Source of the DNA: Paramoeba atlantica
Lineage: Eukaryota; Protista; Discosea
Assembly (NCBI GenBank): GCA_977017575.1
Contig: CDRNVI010000164.1
Location: forward strand, 248,001 to 312,000
Reading direction: 5' to 3'
Length of the DNA stretch: 64,000 bases
Position 1 is the first letter of the stretch. Each line of letters begins with the position of its first letter. Positions 1 through 11,175 of the stretch are shown here, piece by piece. Below the pieces are notes generated by a model that was given only the letters and a program-made list of their open reading frames with translations, ran no database searches and was not told the origin of the DNA. The position numbers were made by a program, and so were the translations under genes.

Positions 1-139
1 ATTGAGTTGATGGTTTGTTTATTTATTTATTTATTTATTTATTTGCTGTGCCAAAAATAATTTATTTGATCATAATTTATCAATTATTTAAAAATGAATT
101 AGGTTAAAAATCATTCTCTCATTTTTGTTTTTCTTCTAG

Positions 140-2110
140 GTCCACTATTTGGGAAGCTTTTCGAATCTCGAAGCTGCGCCAATCAAATTAAATGCGTTGT
201 ACATTCAAAGACCATTTTGTACAATGTCTAATTTGCAAAATACAATTATTCAACATTACATCCGACAAGGACTCTCTGAGTGGTACAAGGTAATCTTTCT
301 TTCTTTCAAATTAGGTCCAATCAATTCGTAAAATCATTCATTCTTCTTTCCTTCTTTCTCCAATAGATTATCGGATCAGCAGCAGTTCTCGGTTCACCCG
401 TGACGCTCGTTGACAGACTCGGAACAGGATTTTATGATTTCTTCCACGAACCAGCGCTTGGTTTTGTTGCTGGTCCAGAGCAATTTGGAAAGGGGTTGGC
501 AAAGGGGACTCAATCTTTGATTAAGAATACTCTTTCTGGGTTGTTTGGGAGTGCTAGTAAGTTTACTGATGCTGTTAGTGGGGGGCTTGTGAAGGTTTTT
601 TTGTTTTGTTTTTTCTTGTTTGACTTTTTAAAAAAGAAAAGAAAATTACATTCAATCTTTGAGTAGTTTTATTCTTTTGTAATTAACTCTTTTAAAAATT
701 AAATAGGTTGGTATGGATGATGACTGGGAAAGAGAGCGACGAATTGCTGCTCTCAAAAAACCAAAACATCTCGGAGAAGGATTACAACAAGGGTTTATGG
801 GTTTGGGAGAAGGTGTTTTCAAGGGTGTAACAGGTTCTTCATTTTTCCTCACAAATTATTTTTTGTTACTTATTTTGATTTCTCTTTCTTTTTGAACCCG
901 ATTTTGCGTTCTCAATCTCCAAAAAACAGGTGTGGTAATGCAACCAGTGAAAGGATTCCAAGAAGAAGGTGCTCTTGGTCTTGTCAAAGGGCTCGGAAAA
1001 GGTACAGCAGGGCTTGTTTTGAGACCTGCTGTTGGTGTTGTTGATGTTTTTACTCGGACTGCTGAGGGAATGGAGAATATGGGCAAGTTTATTGGTGGTG
1101 ATGGAAGAAGGGTTCGTATTCGCCCTCCTCGTTCTGTTGGCAATAATCAGGTTATTTGTTCTTTCCATTTTTTGGGATGTTGTTGTAATAATTATATTAA
1201 TTCTTTATGATAATATCGATTCTTTTGCTCACAAAATCTATCTTTTTTTTGTAAAATAGGACAAATTATTAAAGCCATTTACATGGGGTCAAGCAGCATT
1301 AGATACTGTCGCTCGAGAAATGGAAGATGGGAAATATGCAAAAGTGGGTTGGAATTACAGATTTTCTTTGTTCCCTGTTCCTTTGGATGATTTGCAATGG
1401 ATGACTATTGATTTGGAAAAGATTGTAAGCCTTTATTTTAAATATAAGAAAGAAGAGAAAAAAGAAAAAAGAAAAGAAAAAAGAAAGGAAAAAAGGATTG
1501 GACTGAGACTTTCTTTTCCCCACAAAAGCGAGGAAGCTGGCTTTTTATCTCTCCAGATCGAATCCTTCTCTGCGCAGGGTCAGTCGACGCAGCTCGCCAA
1601 ACTCTCGACTGCAAATGGAACAAACAAATGGAATCAATTGTCAAATTCACTCGTTCTTCCAAAGGAATTAATGTTGTTCTTCGAAAAGAAAGTGAAGAAA
1701 TTATTGTTTCAAAAGAAATGGTCGAGAAAATTTTGGTGGCTTTGAAGGCTTGTCAGAGTGTCAAGGGGAAGTCTCACGGAGGGAAGAGGAAGAGTGTTTT
1801 GAGAAAGGGAATGTTGGAAAAGAAAGACCCTGTTATTTCGAGAAAGTCATACCAGCCGATTGGGTTTTTTTCTTCTCTCTTTCTTTCTTTGTGTGGATTT
1901 GTGAATATTTTTTTCTTGATTTCTTTCTTTCTTGTTTCTTCTTGTTGAATCATTTTTGTTCTATTTTTCAACTTACAATTTCTTTTCAGGTCAGAAGAAG
2001 GTGATGAAGAAACTCCTCTCTTAGGAAGCAAACGTACAAAAAAGAAGAGTTCCTGTAGTTGTTGTGATGATGACAGTGAGGAGTGTTGTTCTTTCTGTGT
2101 GATTTTGTGA
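140..2110 (+). CDS. VPS13: VPS13-family lipid transfer protein, C-terminal exons (5' part outside window)
   Basis: Spliced ORFs give LNALYIQRPF..HYIRQGLSEWYK, IIGSAAVLGSPVTLVDRLGTGFYDFFHEP, KKPKHLGEGLQQG, GALGLVKGLGKGTAGLVLRPAVGVVD and RIRPPR, typical of the VPS13 C-terminal/ATG2_C region. Last exon 1990-2110 ends CVIL-TGA. Confidence 0.9.
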
Positions 2111-2403
2111 TTTTATGATTTTATTTTATTGTGGTGAATGACAAAAAAATATCCTATCAAACAAACAGCTCATGGAAAACAATAAATTTGGTCTTCTTCA
2201 AATTGTTTGTTGTCTTTCCAATTTGATTTGTGTTCTCTCTGCAAACTGGTTTTTAACTTCCATCAACAATGATGAGAGACTACTTGGTCCTTTTGTCTTA
2301 TCGGTTTTATTGGTTTGGAAAGAAACCTTTTGGTTTTTTTCGAGAGTTCACTTTTCCTTTTGCAAATTTGTGGTGCATATTGGAAAGACTTTCATCTTTT
2401 TTC

Positions 2404-3480
2404 TCAATTAATGGCTGGTCGTTGAACAATAATGTGCCAATTGAGATCCCCCAGCTTGGCTCGGTCAGCCAAAGTCCACATTCGCCCACCCTTGAGCAAG
2501 TTGTTGATCAATCTTTCCATCCATCCAGGACACATCCCAAATTCAGTAAAGAAACGAACAACAGATCGAATCCAAAGAAAGATATTTGTTTTCTGATCAC
2601 AGATTGGCCATGTTGGAGCGCTGGAGGGCTCGCTCACCACCTTTTCGAACCCAGCTCTTTCCAATGCGGCAACTACATCTGCAGGATAGTTGCTCTGGGT
2701 TGCCATGAGAGTTGGCATCCACACATGATGCATTTGGACATGTTTGGGGTTCTCCCAATCAAAATGTGGTGTCAAAAGATATTCAGAGCATGTGTAGTAC
2801 CCGCCTGGCTTCGTTACCCGAAACAACTCGCGAGCGACATCATCCAACTCTGAAACTTTGAAGAATGGCCACACTGCTTGGATTGAATAGGTTGCATCGA
2901 AATGTTCATCAGGATACGGAAATTGTTGATGATGATCCGCCACAGTAAAGTCCAGCATCTTGTCCATACCCGTCTCTTTCGCATGCTCCTGAGCATTGGC
3001 AATTTGCACTGAGTCGATATTGAAACCAGAAACATGTGCATTTGTCAACGAGGCGATATGATGAGCCACTCTACCCCTTCCACATCCAACGTCCAAGACT
3101 CTTCCCCCAGCGGACACGTTCAGTTCCTGGGCAATTTGCTGCTCCAGAATCAACTGATTCGCAAAGAGACCTTCTGTATCGTCGAGAAGAGGGGGAATGT
3201 ACAACTTCTCAATATCTGCCACTGCCAAGAGCTGATTCAGGACTGCGTACAGATTCCGAACATGCATCGTTTCCACCACCGTATCGCTTGTTTTCATCTT
3301 TCCTTCCATCAGAAACTCGTGAGCTTCCACACACTTCATCACCTCCTCCTGAGAGACATCGCTCAGAAGAGTCCTCAAACTTTTATAACTGGTCGAAACT
3401 TGATACCAAGTCACTGAACGGAAGATCGAATAGGCATAGACAGCTACCAGAGCAAAAACAAGCGCCTTCCAGTAATTCAT
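2404..3480 (-). CDS. SAM-dependent methyltransferase, sterol C24-methyltransferase-like, with N-terminal hydrophobic anchor; intronless, 358 aa
   Basis: ATG at 3480 (MNYWKALVF); SAM motif I VLDVGCGRG, HVSGFNID, FPYPDEHFDATYSIQA, ELFRVTKPGG; stop TGA at 2404. Confidence 0.8.
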   Translation of the reverse strand: MNYWKALVFALVAVYAYSIFRSVTWYQVSTSYKSLRTLLSDVSQEEVMKCVEAHEFLMEGKMKTSDTVVETMHVRNLYAVLNQLLAVADIEKLYIPPLLDDTEGLFANQLILEQQIAQELNVSAGGRVLDVGCGRGRVAHHIASLTNAHVSGFNIDSVQIANAQEHAKETGMDKMLDFTVADHHQQFPYPDEHFDATYSIQAVWPFFKVSELDDVARELFRVTKPGGYYTCSEYLLTPHFDWENPKHVQMHHVWMPTLMATQSNYPADVVAALERAGFEKVVSEPSSAPTWPICDQKTNIFLWIRSVVRFFTEFGMCPGWMERLINNLLKGGRMWTLADRAKLGDLNWHIIVQRPAIN

Positions 3481-3810
3481 CCTCCACAACTCGAGACTGA
3501 GCAAGGCGACGGTGGGGGAAAACAACACAAGAAAGGAAAGCAAGGCGACAATAACGGGAAAACAAAAGAAAAAACGACAAAAACTCCCCTCTTGTTCGAA
3601 GTAAATCCTTTTTTTTGTGAAATTTCGATTCGCAATGTTTTTCGACCAATGTTGGTTTGTGAGACTCCGGACAAGAAAACAAGAGATTGAATGATTTAAA
3701 GGGATGAAACCCAAGTTAATAAAACTTCCTCAAAACAAATTCCAATTAGATAACTCTTTTTCGATTTTAAATAGCAAATGTACAAAAAGTACTATCTATC
3801 TTCGAACATT

Positions 3811-5999
3811 TTACTTGACGTCATTTGGGAGTTCAATCTCCAAGCTAAGGTTTAGGGGACTCGTTGCTTCTTTTTCACCACTACTTCTTTTATCTTTGTT
3901 CATATCTAACTTCCGTTTTCGGTGAATTTTTGGACTTTTTTTTGGGAATTGCCCCCCTTTTTGTCCAGGAACACTCCCTTGCATACTCTCACAAGTTCGA
4001 GAGTGCTCCGCAACACACTCTATATTCATCTGAAGATTACAATTCAAACATCGAATCATCATCGGATTTTCCTCCACAGGAGATCTCAAACGAGGATGAT
4101 CTTCTTCACCACCTGTTTTCCTCTCATTCAACTCACTAATTTTTTTTTTGACAATAATTGAGTCATTCCCACTGCTCATCCTCCTCTTCCCAACTCTTTT
4201 CTTGACAAACTTTCTTACCACCGGATCATCAGGATTCGGACGAGTTCGAATCTTCCGAGCCAATTGATCTTTAACCAACGATTGATCCAATTGGACCAAG
4301 CTTTCTTGAATCCGAGGAGAAACAGCGAATTCCATTCCAGTTGGAACTCGTCCTAAGACAGCACTTTTCCTTCTCCCTCTCGGAGTGACAACAGAAGGGC
4401 GAGGAGAAGCACGGGGTGATGGAAGTGGTGAAATATTTGCAGAACCAGATGATCGATCAGGGAGACTCAGGCCGAAACTTGTTCGACGGTTTGTGGCAGG
4501 AGATGGCGATGCTGGGGGAGACTCATAGATTTTTTGGAGGGAAGAGGTCAATCTTTCTCGAAGTCGGACAAAGTTTGAGAGAGAAGATTTGGCGGAAGAT
4601 AAAAGAGCTTTCTTGTTTGTTGGACCTGCGATCCATGGATGGAGGAGGGCATCTTTTGATTCCATTCTCTTCGTGGGGTCTGGAATGAGAAAGAAGGAGA
4701 GAATTAGAAAGATTCGTTCGATCAGTTTTAGGAAATTAATTTTGAGAAGAAAGAAAAACCTTTTTCAAGTAACTTGGTGATAAAATCTTTTGCTTCACTT
4801 GAAACTGAATCCCAAGTTCCAGGAAACTCAATTTCACCTTCACAAATCTGTTCAACCAAACGAGGAGTCTCTTCATTAAAAAAGACCCAAAATGGAGCAT
4901 TCATTTGGAAGTCAGGATCTCGATAATCGTCACTCGAAAAAAAAGGAGGAAAACCACAGAGAAGAATATAGGTAATAACACCAAGTGCCCACATATCACA
5001 AGCTTTCCCCTCCACTGGAAGAGGATCAGGATTCTTTGCTGATTTAAAGAGCTCTGGCGCTTTGTAACCAAGGGTTCCTATGAAAAAGGAGAAATATAGA
5101 GATAAGAATTTGAATGAATTGAATTTTCAAAAAGAATAAAGAAGAAAAAAGAGAAAAAAGAGAGGAACAAACCTGTTGTATTAAGATCAAGAGCACCAGC
5201 ACTTGTTGAGAGACCAAAATCAACCAATTTGATGGGAGCTGTGGGAGAATCTGAAGCATATAAAATATTTTCTGGCTTGATATCTCGATGTGCGACTCCA
5301 TTTTTGTGAAGATAATACAATGCATCACAAAGTTGACGAACAATCTATTTTAAATTCTCTTTTCAGAAAACATAGGAGAAAGGAGAAAAAAAGGAATCGA
5401 AAGAAAGGTGGAAGAAATCGAATAACCATGACAGCATCGTGCTCAGAGTAATTTCTACATTCACAAATAGCATCAAAGAGTTCTGGTCCACTAGCCAACT
5501 CCATCACAATAAACAACCGATCGATCGTCAAGAAGACATCAACCAATTTGATAATATTCTGATGATTGAGAGACATCAAGATCGATACTTCTTGAATAAT
5601 TTCGCTGTTTCTGATTAAAGTCTTTTCATGAATTTCTTTGATGGCCACCATTTGCCCAGCTTGGACAACAGGGGGTTGTGTTGTGGATGTTGAGGATGAT
5701 GAGGCTGCTGCTGAATGAGGGGATGAAACAACACCTTTAGTAGGAGTTTTTGGGAAATCGATTGATGGAGAGGATTGTGATAAAGTTGATGTTATTTCCC
5801 TCACTTTTCCAAGATAAACTTTACCAGTTGCTCCTTCCCCGATCATTCTCTCTTTGACGTATCGTTGACGAAAAAGTTCAATATCTTGTACACGAAAAAG
5901 ATTGGCCAACTTCGAATCAGAAAACGTGAAGATATCGTGCATGGAATACCCTCTTTTTCGCCTTGCTTTCTTTCGAATCTCTTCCTCTTTCACATCCAT
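3811..5999 (-). CDS. CaMK-group Ser/Thr protein kinase with long C-terminal extension, multi-exon
   Basis: [68 protein letters not shown] across exons; final exon ends PNDVK-TAA at 3811. Confidence 0.9.
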
Positions 6000-6256
6000 A
6001 ACTCTCTTTCTTCTCTCTTCTCTCTTCTCTCTTCTCTCACAAAAAAGTTCAGCAAAAGAGAGCGCTGATACAAAACAAAAAACTTAGCAGAAAATTGTTC
6101 CTTCTTTGAAAACACTTTTTTTGCCTAAATTAAGAATTTTGAAAAAGACATGTTTTTTGAGATTTTTTTGGGATTTTTATTCTGGCTCAAATCCGATATT
6201 TCTTGGAAGAGAGCCTGCTTTTTCTCTTTTTTTTCTCATTCGTTTGTTTTCTCACG

Positions 6257-6830
6257 ATGGTTTGTCAAACTCACTTCCTTTTTCTTTTACTCTTCATCTT
6301 TTTTTCCATCTAAAACCTTCTTCTGTTCTTTCTCAGGCAGCAGAATTTATCTTGGAAGAGATTCCTGGTCAAGTTGGAACTCTCGTTCTTGACCATAATG
6401 GATCGATTCTTCAAGTTAATCTCCTTTCCCTTTCACATCCCTCAAAAAAAGAACTCTTTCTTTCCTCAATCTCTTTTCCCTCAATCTGTTTTTCTCTCTT
6501 TTCCTAAATCTCTTTTCCCCAAGTCATCTGGTGATTTGGACGGAAATCAACAAGCAGCTGGAAGTGTCTTGCGAATGCTTCAAAACACCAACAGTTTGGC
6601 GACCGACGGAAAATTTCGAAGGATGACAGGTTTTTTGAAGATTTTTCAGAAGGAAAGAAAAAGAGAGAACCATAAGAGATTGAGAAACAATTCATCAAGA
6701 CCAAAAGAGTTGAAAAGAGAGTCAAAAATCCATCAAATCTCATCTCATCTCCACAGTGAACTGCACAAATGGGACATCTTATGTGATCACCATGACAAAT
6801 GGAAAAATTTTTACAGTGAAAAGAAAGTAA
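6257..6830 (+). CDS. LAMTOR4: Ragulator subunit LAMTOR4-like small roadblock protein, 4 exons
   Basis: ATG-only first exon (6257-6259), then AAEFILEEIPGQVGTLVLDHNGSILQ / SSGDLDGNQQAAGSVLRML..FRRMT / VNCTNGTSYVITMTNGKIFTVKRK-TAA. IPxQxGxLV, SSGDL, FRRxT and VKR match LAMTOR4 as I recall it. Confidence 0.7.
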
Positions 6831-7085
6831 TCAGAGAAGGGGAGAAAGAGGAAATGAAAAGAAAAAAAAAACAAGAGAAAAACTGAAAGAAAAAAAACAA
6901 ATTCTTCGAAATGTGCGTTTCTTTCTGCTTTTTTGTCAAGAGTCTGGACTTCGCAGCTTAAAAATAAACGAAGGTCTGAATCGACGCTGATTTTCCTTTT
7001 TTCTTTTTTTTTTGTTTGTTTCTCTTTTTTCTTTCTTCTTCACCGTCTTCTTTCTTCTCTTTCCTTTTCTTCGAAAACCACAATC

Positions 7086-8194
7086 ATGAATGTCAACAAA
7101 CTTCTTGACGCAACTATGAAAATTGCAGGTGCTGGGTTGACAGTTGCTCTTCTTGGAAATCAAGCAACCTTTGTTGTGGAGCCAGGGCACAGCGGCGTTG
7201 TTTTCGATCGTTTCCAGGGAGTGAAAGAAAAGGTGTATGGTGAAGGGCTTCACTTTGTGGTTCCTTTTTTGCAATGGCCAATCATCTATGATACTCGAAT
7301 TACTCCAAGTCTTCATAGAACCGAAACTGCGAGCAAAGATTTGCAGACCATTCGTTTGTTTGTTCGACTTTTGCATCAACCAGTCGTTGAGAAGTTGCCT
7401 TGGATTTTTTCTCAAGTTGGTACTGATTATGCTGAGAGAATCCTTCCTTCTATTGGAAACGAAGTCTTGAAAGGTTGATTTTTTTTTTGATGTGTTCGAA
7501 ATTTTTTTTCTTTGTGTCACCTAATCCTTTTCTCTTTCTCTTTCTCTCAGCTGTTGTCGCTGAATTTGATGCTGATGAATTGGTCACCCAGCGTGAGGCT
7601 GTTTCTTGTGATATTCGCGATCGTTTGATCAAAAGAGCTGAACACTATAACATCATCCTTCGTGATGTTTCAATTACCAAACTCGAATTCAGGTAATATT
7701 TTATTTCTCTCTCATTTCTGTAAACAGAGATTTTCTCTCTCTCTCAGCTTTTTTTTCAAAAACGATCAAAAAAAGAATTTCAACTCACAACTTTTTCTTT
7801 GCACGTACAGTCCTGAATATACTGCTGCTATTGAACGAAAACAAGTTGAACAGCAGATTGCTGAACGTCAGAAATTTATTGTCGAGAAGTCCAAACAAGA
7901 GAAGCTCGCTGCTGTGATTCGAGTTGAAGGAGAGACTGAAGCAGGTCGATTACTCTCTGAAGCAATGAAGATTTCTCCAGAATTTTTAGAACTCCGTACT
8001 CTTTTTTTTTCTTTTTTCTCTCTCTCATCTCTCATTTCTCTCCCCTTGTTCAAACAATTTGATTAAATGAATTTTTTTTCACAACAGGAAAAATTGAGGC
8101 TGCCAAGAAGATTGCTGAATACCTCGCTCGATCACAACGTGTGGTGTACCTTCCCAATAACGGTGGAAACCTTCTTTTGAACATCCCAAATTAA
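7086..8194 (+). CDS. PHB: Prohibitin (SPFH/band 7), 4 exons
   Basis: VEPGHSGVVFDRFQGV, GEGLHFVVP, TASKDLQ, DYAERILPSIGNEVLK, AVVAEFDADELVTQR, AIERKQVEQQIAER, LELRKIEAAK. Confidence 0.95.
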
Positions 8195-8340
8195 AAAAAA
8201 AACACAATCAAAATTTCCTTTCATAAAAAAATCCATTCTCTACTTACCCTCCCCTTGGCTCCCTCCTTCTCTTTTCTTTTTTTTTCTCTCTCTCTCTCTG
8301 ATCATTTCTCTGCTCAATTATTTACGCAAATAATTTCATT

Positions 8341-8898
8341 TTATTCTGTATCTTCATCGTCATAAGCCTCGTCAACTGCAGTAATCGAATTCCAATCATC
8401 AAAAAGAGCTTGAGAACATCGACCATCTTGTTTGAGACAATTATTAAATGTTCGACGAATACACTCTTCGTGAACCATCCAAAAGGGACGAAGACATTCT
8501 TTTTGTCTTTGATAATAATTACCACTGTTCTCGTTGTCGGAGGTAACATTTAAGCATTCAGTCAAACCCTCAAAAGCAGTCTGTGTCATAATCGGCGAAA
8601 ATGGCACAGTTTTGGAACAAGTATCAGAAAAACGATTGTAATTCCAACCTCGATTGCATTTTGGATAAATAGCACTTCCAACCAATTCGGTTTCGTAACT
8701 TGTTGCTGTGTAAACAAGGCTGCGGAGGGTCGATTGGGCTTTCAAACAACAATCCTCTCGAGTAGAACAAGCGTATCGACCTTGGTTTTCTACAAATCCA
8801 GTGAGGGCATCACTAATATCCACAGCCTCACCAGAATGAAGGTATAATACCAAAGATAGTATCACAACAGAAAGAAAGGAGAAAAAAAATACTCTCAT
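8341..8898 (-). CDS. Hypothetical secreted cysteine-rich protein, about 185 aa, intronless
   Basis: ATG at 8898, hydrophobic signal-peptide-like N-terminus, about 9 Cys, acidic tail; family not recognised. Confidence 0.6.
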   Translation of the reverse strand: MRVFFFSFLSVVILSLVLYLHSGEAVDISDALTGFVENQGRYACSTREDCCLKAQSTLRSLVYTATSYETELVGSAIYPKCNRGWNYNRFSDTCSKTVPFSPIMTQTAFEGLTECLNVTSDNENSGNYYQRQKECLRPFWMVHEECIRRTFNNCLKQDGRCSQALFDDWNSITAVDEAYDDEDTE

Positions 8899-9183
8899 CA
8901 CCCAAGTTCAAAAATTCAAAAAAAAAAAAACTTTTGGTTCTCGCACTACCAATTAAGGAAGGAGGAGAAAAGTTGTTGTTTTGTTTGTGAAAACAGAGCC
9001 AAAATGAAATCAAAAATATCGTGGGTCAAATTGAAACGCCCTATATTTTCCGACTGCTAAATCGGATAAAAATTGATTTTTGAGCATCCGAAAAGATTTT
9101 GCACACGTTTTCTTTCATTTTCTTTTTTTGTTTTTTTTTTTCTGTTGTCTCTTCTGCTGCGCCGAAAAGAAAAACTGAAAGAT

Positions 9184-10912
9184 ATGGTGGCCAGCAAACC
9201 TCTCACACACAATTTTCTCACAGAGCCTGAGCTCATGCGGCTTGGGAAACACAAAGATAAAAAATTTGAAAAGGTAAATTCTGAGTGGCTCTCTCCTCTT
9301 TTTCTCTGGCTTGATCGACTCTTGATTCCGACAAATGTCGCACCTAACGTGTTAAGTTTGGCAGGTAATTTGTTCTTTTTTATTCGATCAATTTTCCTCA
9401 CCAAAACTCCAAAAAAGAGAGAGAAGATGACCCACTCTTTCTCTTTTTTCAATCTTCATTTTCCCTTTTCTTTTCCTTTTGCGATTCTCACATTGTTTTT
9501 TTTTCGTTAGGTCTCCTCTGTGTTGTCCAGGCTTTTTATTGCTGTCAAATGTATTACGATCTTCATTCTTTTGGAATTACAATCCTCTCTGCATTTTTAG
9601 TTTTCATGAACTTTGTTCTTCATCGAATGGACAACTGTCATGCGAAAAATGTTCGAAATGTATCTGTGTTAGGAGACTTGTTCTCAGATGCGTGTGGCAA
9701 CGTTGGAGCAATCTTTAATGCCCTTGTACTTTGTCAAATTACTGGAATCACAGATCTTGATTCATGTTGGTATATTGTCCAAATGCTCCAACTTGGTCTC
9801 CTTCGACATCATGTAAAAGCTTTCAAGGAAGGTTATCTCCATTTTCCCTTTCTCACAGGACCGAATGCCGCTTTTTTCTGGTTTGGAATGATCACCGTTT
9901 TAAATCTCTTTCTGGATGATATTTGGGTTGAATACACTCGAAGTATTCTTCATGTAACTTCCCTTTTGTCTTCTTGTTATTGGGCATTGTTGCTGTTCTC
10001 TGCGATTGAAGCTGCCACACTCCCTTTCAGCAGTCGGAACGGAATTATTTTTTGCTTGGCCTACCGATCTCTCCCCGCTTTGTTGTATTCTTTTGGTCTC
10101 TCTCAGGACGAAAATTATATTGATATTGTTTGTGACGGGTTATTTATGTCGATCCTCACTACCGATATGATTGTTGGACGAAAGGCAGGTCGTGATCTCC
10201 ACCCTTGGATTGTTCTTTTTGCAATGGCTTCCATCGTCAACAACTTTGTCTGTCTTTTCTTGGTGACCTTCTACTTTTTTTCTCTCTTTTACGAAATCTC
10301 TCAACATTTGAACCTCCCGTTATTCACCACTGTGGTCAATGTTTATTGCGATGGGATTTACGATCTTTGTCATCTTGGCCACAAAAATGCTTTTCACAAT
10401 GCTCTCCAATTTGGAAATCGCCTCTTTGTTGGAGTTTGTTCTGATGAAGACGCTTCTGTTTATAAAAGAAAGCCGATTATGAGCACACAAGAGCGGTGTG
10501 AGGCTGTTGCCGCTTGTAAGTGTGTTTATGCTGTGATTCCAGGTGCTCCTTGTCATGGATTGCCCGCTGAATTCATTCAAAAACATAATATCCATATTGT
10601 CGCTCATGGTGAGGTTGGTTTTTTCCTTTGTTTTGTTTTTATTCGGGATGATTGATGGGGGTAGTACAAAAAACCATTTTCTCTGACATTCTTTTTTACC
10701 TTTTCCTCACATTCATTCTCCCTTTTTTTTTTTTCTTTTTCTTCAAAAAAAAGGAATACGAGAAGCCGGGTGACAAATACTATGCTGTTCCTCGGGCAAT
10801 GGGGATCACACGAATTCTCCCACGAACTCACGGACTGTCCACTTCCGAACTAATTCGCCGAGTATGCGAGTACAATGAAGCCAAGCTTCGTGAAGAGGGA
10901 AAATTAGGTTGA
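9184..10912 (+). CDS. Fusion of CEPT/CDP-alcohol phosphotransferase-like membrane domain and HxGH cytidylyltransferase domain, 3 exons
   Basis: N-part PTNVAPNVLSLAG and degenerate CDP-AP motif; C-part VYCDGIYDLCHLGH, LFVGVCSDE, KRKPIMSTQER, RTHGLSTSELIRR. Both domains lie in one uninterrupted exon (9511-10613). Confidence 0.85.
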
Positions 10913-11175
10913 GTCCTCTTCGAAACACCAAAAAAATAAATAAAACTCTCGATCCACTCCTCTCTGAATTTGTGTGAGTTTGTCCACATCCTTCGACTTC
11001 GAAAGATCATATTGTCTGACTTTTTCAGGGAAAAAAAGGAAATAAAATTAACATAATTATTATTTTGGTCTTTCTCAAGTTTGAGTTCAGCAACACAGAC
11101 TTGTCCCTTTTTGGGGGAGGGATTGTGTTAGTTTCTCACACTTTCACGTGTGGGGAGGTTGATGATCACCATTTT

